64,000 bases of DNA, taken from positions 75,392,001 through 75,456,000 of the forward strand of contig OZ336873.1 of NCBI GenBank assembly GCA_965287045.1, in the 5' to 3' direction. The stretch is from Carcharhinus amblyrhynchos (taxonomy: Eukaryota). This document shows positions 26,161-39,235 of this stretch, one piece after another (positions within the stretch are counted from its first letter, which is position 1; each line of letters begins with the position of its first letter). Below the pieces are notes generated by a model that was not told the origin of the DNA, did not search any database, and saw nothing but the letters and a program-made list of their open reading frames with translations. Both the position numbers and the translations under genes were made by a program.

Positions 26161-26563
26161 TTATACAGCACCTTTCATAACTTCTGACATGCCAATCTGC
26201 TTTGCAGCCAATTAAATACTTTTGGAATGTAACTACTATTGTAATGCAGCAAACAAAGTGGTAAATTACCCTCTGCTAGCTTCTATACAAAACACTGGCA
26301 TGACCAGATAATCTGTGCATGGATGATCTTGGCTGAGATCAGAATACCAGGAATAACTCCTCTGCTCCCCTTTCAACTAGGACCACCAGGGTAAGCAAAT
26401 GAAACCTTAATTTAACACCGCACATGAAATGCAAAACCTTTGACACTGCAATACTACCTTCATACTGGATTGTCAGCATAGATTTCATGCTCAAATCTCC
26501 AGAATGGATCTTGAGCTTTTGATTCAAATGTGAGAATGCTACCCACTGAGCCACAGTGAACAC
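26161..26563 (-). mobile_element. Near full-length SacSINE1/DeuSINE-like SINE
   Basis: Has a reverse tRNA-like head (gtggctcagtgggtagcattctc), a central block tgaccagataatctg...aactcctctgctc and a tail tatacagcacctttca. Confidence 0.7.
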
Positions 26564-27056
26564 AACACAGAATGGAGGTGTCACTGGTGACGGCAGCCAA
26601 AGAAGCAGAAACTTGAGACCCAGATTGACACATTTCCGATATTTCCGTGGTGATATTGGGCAGCTTTGGCATCATGCTGTTACTCATTACTCAGGGATGA
26701 TAAAGCAGTTGTAGCCAATGTGCCAGTCACCTGCTTGATGGGCAATGATAAATTCCAGAAGATCAGTACGTTAACTTTGAGGTTGACGGGTATCTGAAAG
26801 CTGAAGTTGGTAATGACATTTATTGCCACTGGAAGTATAATCACCATGATGCAAATTTCGTATTGGTGTCATTGCAACAGAGGTACAGCATTGCAATTGG
26901 CTTTGAACCTGAAATGCAGTTCTCCTCAATCAAAGTCAAGTAAGTGCGCCAGATGTGACTGGCTGCTGCTGATGGTGCGTGTTACTTGCCTCTAGTGCGC
27001 TCCCTGACATGTCTTATATATTTTTTATTTGTATCACTCCAACTATGAAATAATTA

Positions 27057-27970
27057 TAACATAAGAACTAGGAGCAGGAGTAGGCCATCTGCCCTCTGAG
27101 CCTGCTCCACTGTTCAATAAGATCATGGCTGATCTTTTTGTGGACTCAGCTCCACTTAACCAACTGCTCACCATAACCTTTAGTTCCTTTACTATCCAAA
27201 AATGTTTCTACCCTTGCCTTAAAAATATTTAATGAGATAGTCTCAACTGCTTCACTGGGCAGAGAATTCCACAGATTGATAACCCTTTGGATGAAAAAGT
27301 TCCTCCTCCCTGCTCCCCCTTATTTTGAGGCCATGTTCCATAGTTCGAGTTTCACCTGCCAGTGGAAACAACTCTCCTGCTTCTTTTTAGCTTCGATAAG
27401 ATCTCCCCTCATTCTTCTGAATTCCAATGAGTACATTCCCAGTCTACTCAATCTCTCCTCAGAAGCCAATCCTCTCAACTCCGGAATCAACTTAGTGAAT
27501 CTCCTCTGTACCCCCTTCAATGCCAGTATATCCTTTCTCAAGTAAGTAGACCAAAATTGTACACAATACTCCAGTGGCCGCACCAGCACCTTATGCAGCT
27601 GCACATAACCTCACTGTTTTTAAATTCCATCCCTCTAGCAATGAAGGACAAAATTCCATTTGCCTTCTTAATTACCTGCTGCACATGCAAATCAACTTTT
27701 TGCGATTCATGCACAAGAACACCCAGGTCCCTCTGCACAGCATCATGCTGCAATTTTTTACTATTTAAACAATAGTCCATTTTGATGTTATTCCGCCCAA
27801 AATGGATGACCTCGCGCTTACCAACATTGTACTCCATCTATCAGACCCTTGCCCACTCAGACTTCCAACGTCCTCTGCAGATTTTGCTCTACCACTCACC
27901 TTAGTGTCACCTGCGAATTTTGACACACCACGCTTACTCCCCAACTCCAAATCATCTATATAACTCGTAA
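27057..27970 (-). mobile_element. CR1 3' fragment
   Basis: Encodes YIDDLE..SKFAGDTK, QRDLGVLVHESQK and LEYCVQFWS. The reverse tail is cataagaactaggagcagg. Confidence 0.92.
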
Positions 27971-28955
27971 ACAAAAAAAATGTATCTGAGGTCTTGAAAA
28001 CAAACACTCAGCATAAATAAAAAATGAATAATGGCTGTCATTAGTTGCTTGTGGTTCTCTGAGCTCTGATAGATAGCAGATCTCCTTTATGAGTTTTTTT
28101 TATGACTTTCTTTTACTGCTGACCTTTTCAAGTCATACCTTATGATTTTTGCACACAATGCTTGCCTATCTTTATATTTACCTGATCTACCTGGACATCC
28201 TATAAAAGAGAAATCAAAGTAAAATGCTGTGATGTGAGCAAATCCAGCATTAAAAACGTTTTGAAAAAGTGAAAATTAAAAAAATCAAACTGTGTCTGTC
28301 CCTTTTCATGTATCCATCTTGCTTTTCCACCAAAACACAGAATGAGCAGCCACAGAGCAGAATCCCATCTGAATGAAGATGACATTGCTACACCAATTGC
28401 TACACATAGACCAACATTTTAATATTTGCAGTTTAGTGAGGCACACTCATGAATATGTTGGTAGGGTTACCATAAACTGAAAATTTAGCAGGAAAGAAAT
28501 TACTATTGTTGTTACAGAGCATTAAAATTTAGTGCCTTCTCATGACATTTCTCTGTCTGTTATTGTACAGAGTTAATAACCCATTTTAAATAAATGTGGT
28601 GTGCCCAAGCCTTGGAATAATAGACAGAGGATTGCTGTACAAACACCTCAATGCCCAATATCATTAACCATCATTCTGTCCGACATGTCTGGAATCTAAA
28701 TTTCAGCTGAAGTATTCTGGTTTATTTATGATGGTATGGTTCAATAATTTATACTGCTGAACTTAAGAGGTATTTGGAAACTGTAAACTATAGCCGGGGT
28801 TTTTTGCTCCCATTCTCCTCAGTTTATTTGGTGACAGAAGCGGAAAACTCACAGGAAACCCAAATTTCATTTTACCTCAATGGAATCCCAACATTCAGTG
28901 TTAAGAACACCATTATACTATACTTGAATATCACCGTCAGCCTCTATGCTTGACA

Positions 28956-29240
28956 CAACAGCACAGTGGTTAGCACTATTGCGCCAGAGACCCGGGTTCA
29001 ATTCCCAACTTGGGTGACTGTGCGGAGTCTGCATGGTCTCCCCCTGTCTGTGTGGATTTCCTCCAGGTGCTCTGGTTTCCTCCCACAGTCTGAAAGACGT
29101 GCTGGTTAGGTGCATTGGCTGTGCTAAATTCTCCCTCAGTGTACCTGAACAGATGCCAGAAATAGGCGACGAGGGGATTTTCACAGTAACTTCATTGCAG
29201 TGTTAAGTAAGCCTGCTTGTGACACTAATAAATAAACTTA
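28956..29240 (+). mobile_element. V-SINE-like SINE with the alternative gtgacactaataaataaa tail
   Basis: Has a gcacagtggttagcact head and the core ggatttcctccaggtgctctggtttcctcccacagtc. Same variant as 34313-34612. Confidence 0.85.
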
Positions 29241-29737
29241 AATTCATTGTCCCCCCCCCCGCAAGATAATCCATTCACATTAGTGTGAGGGCAGACCAGT
29301 GTGTATTACAACTGGTTTCCCACAGTGTTAATCTGGCAGGCAGACCTCCCAGAGGAGCTCAGGTGAATGCATTGCTCAGGAGGGAGAGAGGGTTATGCCC
29401 AGAACTCCTGACACTTCATGGGCACTGCCCTTGGCACTGTATGAGCACTGCCAGGCAGAGTGCCAGAGGCCATGCCAGGGAGGATGGAGTATTTGCATGG
29501 GGGGTGTGGGGAATGTTCCAAGTGAACATTTGTGTACTGGGGCAGCCTTTAAAAATGGTGGGGCCAGTTCGATCAGAACATGACGCAGTGGACCCGCACC
29601 TTGAAGTATTTTTCTATATATCCCTAACAATATTAGCAACAACCTGCCCAGTTTTTGTTTCACAGAAACATAGAAACTAGAATCAGGACTAGGCCACTCG
29701 GTCCTTCGAGCCTGCTCCACCATTCACCCTGATCTCA

Positions 29738-30932
29738 TTTCACTGGGGTTACTCAGCTCCTGACTTCTTTTCAGCCTTGTTTCAAACATGGACAAAAGCG
29801 CTGAATTCCAGAAGTGAGGTGAGAGTGACAATCCATGACATCAAAGCCACATTTGACAGAGTGTGGCAGCAAGGTGTCCTAGCAAAACTGGAATCAATGG
29901 GTATTATAGGGAAAACTCTCCGCTGGTTGGAGTCATATCTGGCACATAGGAAGATAGTTGTGGCTGTGGAAAGTTCAGTCATCTCAGCCCCAGGATATCT
30001 CTGCAGGAGTCCTTCAGGGTAATGTCCTCAGCTGCTTCATCAATGACCTTCCCTCCAACATGGGGTCTGAAATGGGGATGTTTATCGATGATTGCACAAT
30101 GTTTAGCACTACTCATCGCTCCTCAGATACTAAAGCAGTCCATGTTCAAATGCAACAAGATCTGGATAATACCCAGGCTTGAGATGACAAGCGATAAGTA
30201 ACATTTACACCACACAAATGCCAGGTAATGAGCATCACAAGTAAGTGACACTCTAACTACTGCCCCTTGACATTCAATGGTGTCCCCCATAGTCAACATC
30301 CTTGGGGTTACCTTGACCAGAAACTTAACTGACCTCACTACAAAAACACAGTAGCTACAAGAGCAGTGAAACATGAGGAATACTGCAGCGAGTAACTCAC
30401 CTCCTGACTCCCCAGAACTTATCCATCATCCATAAGGCACAAGTCAGGAATGTGGTAGAATACTCCCTACTTGCCTGGATGGTAGCAGCTCTAACTACAC
30501 TCAAGAAGCTTGACACCATCCAGGACAAAGCAGCCCACTTGATTAGTATCACATCCACAAATATTCACTCCCTCCACCACTGATGCTCAGTAGCAGCTGT
30601 GTGTACTAATTACAAGATGCATTGCAGCAATTCACTAAAGAATTCCAAACCCATGACCACTTCCATCTAGAAGGATAAGGGCAACAGATACACGGGAACA
30701 CCAACATCTGCAAGTTCCCCTCCAAACCACTCACCTTCCTGACTTGGAATTACATCACTGTTCCTTCGCAGTTGTTGGGTCAAAATCCTGGAATTTCCTC
30801 CCTAATGGCATTGTGGGTCAACCCACAGAGTGTGGACTTCAGCGATTCAAGGAGGTACCTGACCACCACCTTCTCATGGGCAATAAATGCTGGCCAGCCA
30901 GCAACATCTATGTCCCACAAATGAATAAAACA
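29738..30932 (+). mobile_element. 3' part of a second non-LTR family (CR1/L2 group), decayed
   Basis: Encodes DIKATFDRVWQQG..LAKLESMGI, AGVLQG and MFIDDCT, and ends gggcaataaatgctggcc...atgaataaaa. Same family as 61556-64000. Confidence 0.8.
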
Positions 30933-31220
30933 AAATACAGCGGAGAAAGCTGTCATTGGCGCTTTTCCTACACACTGACACACTCCTCCAAAAGAAGGTA
31001 AAATTCTGCCCTATATTTCAGTTTCATGGTTGCAAAATATACCACAAATCGTCTGCAAATATTTTGCAAGAATGGTTTACTCGTTATATGGATATCATGA
31101 CGAGTCAAGGACCACTTGCTTGATTCTACCTCACCCACCCCACACACCCTTTTAATCTATTTCAAATAGAATGTCCGAAAATAGGTTGCGTAGAGTAATC
31201 AGCAAGTATCTAGAATACAG

Positions 31221-31951
31221 TGGGCTGGATTTGAAGGTCAACAGCAAAGCAATGACAGTCGCAACTGACTTCAAAAAAGGCTGTCCACAAATTTCTAGTG
31301 ATCTTTGTGCCATGGATTTCCCCTTTCCCAATGACAGTTTCAATCTGGCATCAAGGAAGGGAATCTCCAGACATCCAGCAGCCATGGTGTCACAAGCAAG
31401 TAAATAAGCAGTTAGTCACATTGAAGTATTCACACGGACAGAAAACTAGGAAGTTAACAGCATGTAGTTTCCATCTCCTTTAATTCAAATGTTCAGATAG
31501 CACAGTAAACTCGTTATAATTACAGTAAACTTAAAGCTGAAATATCAATAAAGCTATGAAAAGTTTACTTCAGGGATATGTCAATTTCTTTATCATAGTG
31601 GAGGATTTTAAAATTCTACAAACATAACATTAGCTTTACAAGGCCAAGGAAGCCACCTGGCAACAGTTACAACCCAATCACGTCTGTTTCAACAAAGTCC
31701 AACTTTTTCAAGGGTTTTTACAATGAGTCTGATAAACGTGCATGTTTTTGTCAGTTAATTCAGTATTTAGAGATTGCACTCTGTCGAGACATCTGAGCAA
31801 CGCATTCTCTAAGTGCAGATTCACTGACATCAATCTCTCGATTTCTACGTTATTCTGCAGATGTGCGGACTCCAAAGGATCCAAAGTTTCAGTGGGTAAT
31901 AGTGGTGACACTGACAGTCTTTTTGTCATTACCATTATAAATTCTGGGCCA
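31221..31951. mobile_element. MITE-like element
   Basis: The ends tgggctggatttgaaggtca..aatgac and gtcattaccattataaattctgggcca are imperfect inverted repeats. Confidence 0.45.
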
Positions 31952-33328
31952 TAAATAAAATTTACTGAAACCAAAGGCCAATAGAGAACTGGGAAATTCT
32001 TTCCAGTTCACAATGTACACAAAGATTCTTTTTATTCTTAGTATTTTGATTAGTTTGAAGCATCCCAGTCCAATGTCATATGTGGCCATAGCTCTAAGTC
32101 ATAATGAGAGTTTCTTAAAATACGATATTATTGAAATAAATATCTCCTTCATTCTAGTTCAAATAAATGAGACTTCCTTCCATAGTTTCTATCGCTTTCA
32201 TATTACATTGGTTCAATGCCACTCTGGTTAATCAGCCTTTGTATCAACTATCACTTATTAGGTCCCTATCCTTTTGTGGCTAACAAGACTGGGGTGGGTC
32301 TTGAACCCAGGGCCCTCTGGTTCAGAGACGGGAGAGCTATGTATTAAAACACTCCAGCTCAAAAACAAATTAATCTTACATTCCATATATATTCCACCAT
32401 GACATCTCTCCTAAAGTTCTATTAGGTTCAATATTCCCTCAAATTCTATTCTTAAGCACTTTAGCAAAGAATTTCCATCCATTGCTCCATTCTGTTCTAT
32501 CAAGGTCCACTGCAAGTTTTATCAATACCAACTTTGACAGATCTTTCTGGTTTACAGGAAGATCTCTGTTTCTGATGATATTCCAATCACATTTTTAAAA
32601 ATGTGCAACTCCATATTTACCAGTTTTCTATTCTCTCTTTAGCCTCTAATTTCCAGGTCATGTGATCTGCTGATGGGGAGACCAAATCACGTCAATAAAA
32701 TGCAGGCCAATTAAGGAAATTTAGAAGCACAATGATTCTGACTCCTGTCTGACCACCCAGCTCAGTGATTCATTCCCTTTGCAACTTCCTGTTGTTTTTC
32801 TCCATCTTGGTACTCATGCTCTGGTTCTTAAAAACCTTTTCCACCATCTCAGCTGCCAAGTATTTTTCAGAATGAACAGCTACTGCAAAACCTGGAGACT
32901 AAATTAGATTTGAAGGTCTGAACTGACTCTGAGACAAAGCAGAGTCCTCCAGGGAGTTTCACTCTACTTCATTCTGTCATCAAGCTACGCTACATCTACA
33001 CTGTATACAGTAAGTGAATGCAAAACCTCTTTATGACAATGTTGTAGATCCAGTGTAACGTGCACTCTAGTTTTGCCACATCCCACTTCTTGTAGATGCA
33101 AAGACTAGCGATAATTTGAATTTCTGTGAGATAATTAACTGATTTCACATTGTTTTTAATGTTCAGTCAAGTATTAGCTTGTAATCTACAGATTCATAAA
33201 CTACTTTTGACATGGGTACCGTAGCAGAGTGAGGTATTTTTGTTCACACCTCTCTCAAATGCACTTATTCTCAGATTACAAAATTAAACACTTCACCTGA
33301 TTGAACACAAACTGGCCATCCAGTCTTC

Positions 33329-33528
33329 ACAGTAAAAAGTCTGACAACACCAGGTTTTAGTCCAACCGATTTATTTGATAGTAAACGCACAAGCTTTCGG
33401 GTTAGTCTGACGAAGGGACTAACCCGAAAGCTTGTGCGTTTACTATCAAATAAATCGGTTGGACTAAAACCTGGTGTTGTCAGACTTTTTACTGTGTTTA
33501 CCCCAGTCCAACGCCGGCACATCCACAT
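33329..33528 (+). mobile_element. 200-bp Penelope pLTR fold-back insertion: perfect 80-bp inverted repeat, hammerhead core at the apex, 12-bp TSD
   Basis: 33328-33407 is the exact reverse complement of 33417-33496, with loop tgacgaagg. The core reads CTGACGA-a-GGG(actaa)CCC-GAAA-gc-TT, followed after the arm by an unpaired tail of about 32 nt. TSD catccagtcttc lies at 33317-33328 and 33529-33540. Confidence 0.92.
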
Positions 33529-33744
33529 CATCCAGTCTTCCACACAGAAGACCACGTTGCTATAGCAACATACACCTTCACATGCATACTGCTGCCTGGA
33601 GCTATGGATACTGAAGGTAAAGGCTCCAATTTCTTTCCATAACATGATTCACCAGGAATCTCTCTCACGCTTATTGCTTGCTATTGCTGTATGTTGTAAG
33701 AATTTACAAGTTGAGCCCATCTGTTTGGCCACACTGTGAACGCA

Positions 33745-33836
33745 AGTACCTTGGCCATTAAGTCATGGAATGCCACCTGAACCCAGAGCTTCTGGCTTGA
33801 AGGCAGGAATGCTATTCCCTGCACCACAAGACCACC
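33745..33836 (-). mobile_element. tRNA-derived SINE head
   Basis: The reverse complement ggtggtcttgtggtgcagggaatagcattcctgccttc...ctctgggttcaggt has A/B-box-like spacing. Confidence 0.4.
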
Positions 33837-33944
33837 TAACTGACTTACTGAGTAAATGCTGTATTTTTATAGCACTCTTAGGTTGCTAGGACACACATAC
33901 TGAGTTGAAAACATTTTTACAGTCAAAATGAGAAGCTTAAAAAG

Positions 33945-35410
33945 TGGTCATCTTCCAAGATTCTATGGACTTTGGAACAGTTCCTACAGATTTGAGGGTA
34001 GGTAATGTAACCCCATTATTTAAAAGGGAAGTAGGGAAAAAATAGACAATTACAGGCCAGTCAGCCTGATATCAGTAATGGGGAAAATGTTAAAGTCCAT
34101 TTATTAAAGATTTAATAGCAAAGCATTTGGAAAACAGTGCTAGGATTGGAAAGAGTCAACATGTATTTATGAAAGGGACATCATGCTTGACAAATCTACT
34201 GGAATTCTTCAAGGATGTAACTAGTAGAATTGATAAGGAGGAGACAGTAGATATGGTTTTGTTGGACTTTCAGACAGCTTTCAACAAAGCCCCACGAGAG
34301 ATTAGTGTGTTGTGGCACAGTGGTTAGCACAGCTACCTCACAGCGCAAGGGACCCAGGTTCAATTCCTGGCTTGGGTCACTGTCTGTGTGGAGTTTGCAT
34401 GTTCTCTCCATGTCTACATGGGTTTCCTCCGGGTGCTCCAGTTTCCTGTCTCAGTGCGGAAGACGTGCTGGTTAGGTGCATTGGCTCATGCTGAAAAATT
34501 TTCTCTCAGTGTACCTGATCAGGTGTTGGAGTGTGGTGACTAGGGGATTTTCACAGTAACTTTGTTGCAGTGGTAATGTAAGCCTACTTGTGACACTAAT
34601 AAATAAACTAAACCAAAAATTAAGTGCACAGGATTGGAAGCAATATATCAAGGTGGATAGAAAACTGGTTGACCGACAGGAGACGAAGAGTGGGATAAAT
34701 GGATCTTTTTCCGAGTGGCAGGCAGTGATTAGTGGGGTACTGCTGGAATCCATGCTGGAACCCTAGTTATTCACAATATATATTAATGATATAGATGAAG
34801 GAATTAAATGTAATATCTCCAAATTTGCAGATGATACAAAGCTGGCTAGAAGGGTGAGCTATGAGAAGGATGCAGAGATGCTTCAGTATGATTTGGACAA
34901 GTTGAGTGAGTGGACAAATGCATGACAGATGCAGTGTGCTGTGGATAAATGTGAGGTTATCTACTTTGGTTACAAATCAGGAAGGCAGATTATTATCTGA
35001 ATGACTATAGATTGAGAGAGAAGAATGTGCAGCGAGACTGTGTCCTTGCACACCAGTTGCTGAAGGTAAGCATGCAGGTGCAGCAGGCAGTAAAGAAGGC
35101 AAATGGTACGTTGGCCTTCACAGCGAGAAGATTCGAGTACAGGAGTAGGGATATCTTGCTGCTGTTATATAGGCCTTGGAGAGGCCACACTTGGAATACT
35201 GTGTCAAGTTTTGGTCACACCTGAGGGAGGGTGTTCTTGCTCGAAAGGGAGTGCTAAGGTTTACCAGAATGATTTCTGGGATGGCAGGACTGACGTATGA
35301 GGTGAGATTGGGTTCGTTGGGGTTATATTAGTTGGAGTTTAGAAGAGTGAAGGGAGTCCTCACAGAAAAGTATAAAATTCTAACAGGACTAGAAGGGTAG
35401 GTGCAGGAAA
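33945..35410 (+). mobile_element. Decayed CR1 RT region interrupted by a SINE at 34313-34612
   Basis: Encodes SCLTNLLEFF and LDFQTAFNKAP before the SINE, then KFADDTK and QQAVKKANGTLAF after it. Confidence 0.88.
34313..34612 (+). mobile_element. V-SINE-like SINE nested in CR1
   Basis: Has a gtggcacagtggttagcac head, the gggtttcctccgggtgctcc core and a gtgacactaataaataaac tail. Confidence 0.88.
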
Positions 35411-36124
35411 TCCATTGTCAGTGGCTGGACTGGAAGATCCCACCTCTGGCCAATTGTGGGCTACCTTCACTACCACAAACATACCATGGGTGAGAGGGCA
35501 GGGGAATCCCACCCATAGCCTGATCTGCCCAACTCAAACTAAGGTGGGTTGAGTGGGACTGAGGGCCGTTTGGACCACTTTAATCATGGGGGATAGACTG
35601 ATGCACAAACTCAGTAAGCAGTATGGTGCACCACCATGCCAATGCAATACTTCACCAAATTGTCCAGTTATTTCACTCATTTAATAACAAACAGATGTAT
35701 AGCAACTTATAAAGATGTCTGGTTTTCGGATAATTCTAGTTTTCAGATAGTCAAATTTGCAACACTATACTTCTGCATATATTTCCGCTAAATACACACA
35801 TTTCCAAAGTATGAGATCCGGGTTAACAGTATCTACCAAATGGAACGATTCACAATGGAAATCTATGTGGATGGTGGTTTGGTGTAGGGTTCACAGGATT
35901 GTGGGAATTTGGTGCACGCAGGCTTTGAGGGAAGTGGTCATCCTGTAGTCACTGAGAGCTCAGGAGAATAGTAAGTGGGTGGCATCTGGTAGGATGGGAA
36001 TCCTCTGAAAGTATGGCACTCTTAAAGTGGTTTTGAGTGCTGAAGATTGGCATAGATAATGACACCTCGTGGGGAAGTATAATCAAAGAGTATCCATGGC
36101 ACATTTCAGAAAGGACACAGTAAA

Positions 36125-36480
36125 GTGCAGTAATGATAAGGGCTTTGACTGTCACAGGAATGCACAGATCTTACTGCAATCATCAACATAGATCTCACAT
36201 GATGTGCTGCTTTCCTGATGTCAGGCCAAAAGATTTTACTGAAAGACTACAAAATATTTTGACAGGGGAAGGGGAAGAGCCAGGAGTTGTGGTCAATATG
36301 GGAATCAATGTCTTTGGAAAGAAAAACATGGCTTTGGAATAAAAGAAGTCCTGCAGTCAGATTTTGGGGATCTCTTGATTATTACCAGTGTCACATGCTA
36401 GTGAGTAGAAATCAGGTTAAAATATGGCTAGAGACATTGTGCAGGAGGGGAGGCTTCTCCATGTTCCTTGGCATTGACTT
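36125..36480 (+). mobile_element. CR1 ORF1 (SGNH esterase-like) remnant
   Basis: Encodes MCCFPDVRPKDFTERLQNILTGEGEEPGVVVNMGIN, homologous to the ORF1 at 54701-55030. Confidence 0.7.
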
Positions 36481-36599
36481 CAAAACTTTCTAGAAGGCCT
36501 GCCAATGAACCAAGAATTTCACTGTGCATATTTACCAGTGTTCTTCCATAGCACATTCCACCCAAGTTACGGGATGAGTAAGTGGGATGTAAGACGAAG

Positions 36600-37200
36600 G
36601 GTGAAAGGATGTTATCATCGTCAATGGCTTCAACCTCACCAGCCTTGGCCACTCAATGACAATAAGCGTAACTTTCTCCATCAAGGTGAGGACATGCAAT
36701 CATGCCTATCCCCGTCAGCTGGTTGTGATTACATGCAGTTATGTTCCACAATGTCCTTCAAGGGACAGGCAAGTGTATCAGTAAGTGTGGTGCTATCTGT
36801 TTAGGTACTGTTGTTGTCATGGTGAAATAACACGCAATGTATGCAAGCTGTGAGATTTGGGTGTGAGGTTGCAACAGTGCTAAGTGTATGAGGATGCGGT
36901 GAAGTTATGAATATTTGCAATGAGTCATGATTGACAAGAGATTGTTGGTAGATGAAGGATAGGGATATGGCACATTAAGCAGCTTGTAGGGCTAATGGTG
37001 ATGATATATTTAATTGACTGTGACCATTTGTGTAAGGTCATTGATCTTTTTGTGACAGTGCATCCAGGTCCATGGAGCTGGACATCTGGCATTGACCCCT
37101 AGGCTATCTGGTTGTACTGCCTTTGCAAAGTTTGACTGGTGGGTCTTTATTGGGCAGAAGATATCATCTCTCCTCTCCACCTCTTGTTCCATAACAAGAA
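36600..37200 (-). mobile_element. Harbinger/PIF-type Myb/SANT-like gene remnant (two exons)
   Basis: Encodes EQEVERRDDIFCP...VNARCPAPWTWMHCHKKINDLTQ, a Myb/SANT-like (trihelix) pattern. A second decayed exon lies near 36600-36760. Confidence 0.6.
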
Positions 37201-37531
37201 ATTATGTCAGAGTTTACACTATGCCAAATCATGCCATTACTATGTCCCTTTTCAAAATCACTTCGAGAACAACTTCTAGTACCTGCTGCAGCCACAATGC
37301 ATTGTCTCATTAAGAGATGCAGTCTGGCTAAAACTCATATTCACCTGTCAAGATTTTGTGCTCCTTGCTCAGCAGAAGGTAACTTGGCAGTATGCTTAAC
37401 AATGGCTGCAAAGTTACAAATACTTAAATTAGCAGGCAGGCATGAGGTTTGCATGCATGTTTGCTGATTGTCTTGGAAGCAATGGATGCAGGGTAATCCT
37501 GCAATACAATCTTCTCAACCATTTAAGACAG

Positions 37532-37843
37532 GATGGTGGCATACTGGTTAGCATTGTTGCCCCACAGCGCCAGGGATCCGGGTTTGACTCCGGCCTTGGA
37601 ATTGACTGTCTATGTGGAGTTTGCATGTTTTCCCCATGTCTGCGTGGATTTCCTCCTGGTACTCTGGTTTCCTCCCACAGTCCAAAAGATGCATGAGTTA
37701 GGTTGACTGGCCATGTTAAATTGACAGGGTGTCAGGGGGATCAGCAAGGTTACGGGGATAGGGCCTGAGTGGGATTTTTGTCAGTACAGACCTCATGGGC
37801 TAAATGACCTCCTTCTGCACTGAAGGAATTTTATGATTCTATA
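37532..37843 (+). mobile_element. HE1/V-SINE
   Basis: Has a ggtggcatactggttagcatt head, the V-core and a CR1-like ttatgattcta tail. Confidence 0.87.
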
Positions 37844-37869
37844 ATTTTCAGACCCTGACTGGTTTTATG

Positions 37870-38012
37870 GTAAGAAGTCTCACAACACCAGGTTAAAGTC
37901 CAACAGGTTTATTTGAAAGTAAATGCCAAATAATCCTGTCGGACTTTAACCTGGTGTTGTGAGACTTCTTACTGTGTTCACCCCAGTCCAATGCTGGCAT
38001 CTCCACATTATG
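37870..38012 (+). mobile_element. Short Penelope pLTR fold-back (46-bp arms) without the ribozyme core
   Basis: 37870-37915 is inverted at 37927-37972 with 2 mismatches, followed by the family tail ctgtgttcaccccagtccaatgctggcatctccacat. Confidence 0.88.
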
Positions 38013-38364
38013 ACCACCCCTCCCTCTCACCGTTCGATCCCAGTTTCAGAGTGCACAGCATCCCTTCAACTGCGTCAGCTTAGGTTCTGTCCCCCCAGTA
38101 GTCCCCAACCCTCAGGCCCTGCCATCTTGGCATTGCTCGGTAGGCACTGCGAAGTGCCTGGCTGATACTGGCCCCTGCATAAATTTAAATATTATAATCA
38201 GCCCCGTGCTCTTTTTTGGGCATGAAGCTGATCTCACTGGATATCTGGGCCCAGTAAGATCACAATAGGCAAGAAATCGGGCGCAAACCTGATTTTGTGC
38301 CTATCTCACTGGCTCATCCCATCCATCAACTGGCAGGATGAGAAAATAAGATCCCCCCACCCCA

Positions 38365-39235
38365 TGTCTTGCCCTATATCTGTGCTCTCCTGGTTAAAGG
38401 ACCTTGAATCAAATGGAATTGTGCCCCTCATGACTTTATAGATTTCAATTAGGTCTCACCTCAGCTTCCTTTCCTTCAAAAGAAAACAATCCAAGCCTAC
38501 CCATTCATTCGTTATAATTAACATTTTATGACTTGGTTGATATAAGAATAAATGGAATGTGTCATCCTAACCACCTTGTCACCTGATCACTCTACTTACT
38601 TGTTTAGCCATCTTCAGTGATCCGTGAACATGAACTCCAAAGACCTGCTATTCTTACATATGTCTCAGTATTGTAACATTTATTGTGTACTCCCTTGTTT
38701 TGTTAGTCTTTCCCGCTTATCTGCATTGAAGTCCATTTACAAATATTCCACTAACATGAGTAGTCTGTTATATCTTCAACAGCTTTCTTCATGATTATCA
38801 ATCACACGGCTAAATTTTATATCATCTGCAAACTTCTTAATCATACCCCTACATTCAAGTCCAAATTACAGCTATATACTGTAAAAAGCAAGGGACCCAA
38901 TGCTGCATCTTCTGGAACCCCACTAGAATCAGGCTTCAGTCAACAAAAAAAAATGACCATTACTTTTTGCTTTCTGTCTGTGGGACAATCTTGGATCCAA
39001 TTTGCCACTTTGCCTCAGATCATTTGGGCTTTTACTTGCTTGACCAGAATGCCATGTGGGACTTATCAAATGCCTTGTTGTAATCCATTTAGATTACATC
39101 AAATACATCACCCTCATTGATGCTGCTTGCTATTTCCTCAGAAAACTGAACAGCCTAACGCATAATTACTTAATTGAACCCTTTCTCCCTTTCTAAACGT
39201 TGGGACAGCATTAGATGTCTCCTTGTCTTTGGCAG
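38365..39235 (-). mobile_element. Old, heavily decayed CR1
   Basis: Contains reverse RT motifs (atcatctgcaaactt = KFADD; ttatcaaatgcctt = KAFDK). Confidence 0.7.

Noticed and set aside
26570-27010. Non-repetitive-looking stretch as an exon or enhancer
   Set aside because: No coherent splice-bounded frame, and conservation cannot be judged without alignments.
31708-31974. 88-aa ORF with a coiled-coil-like look
   Set aside because: It lies within a MITE-like repeat, has no splice signals or recognisable homology, and the opposite strand is equally open.
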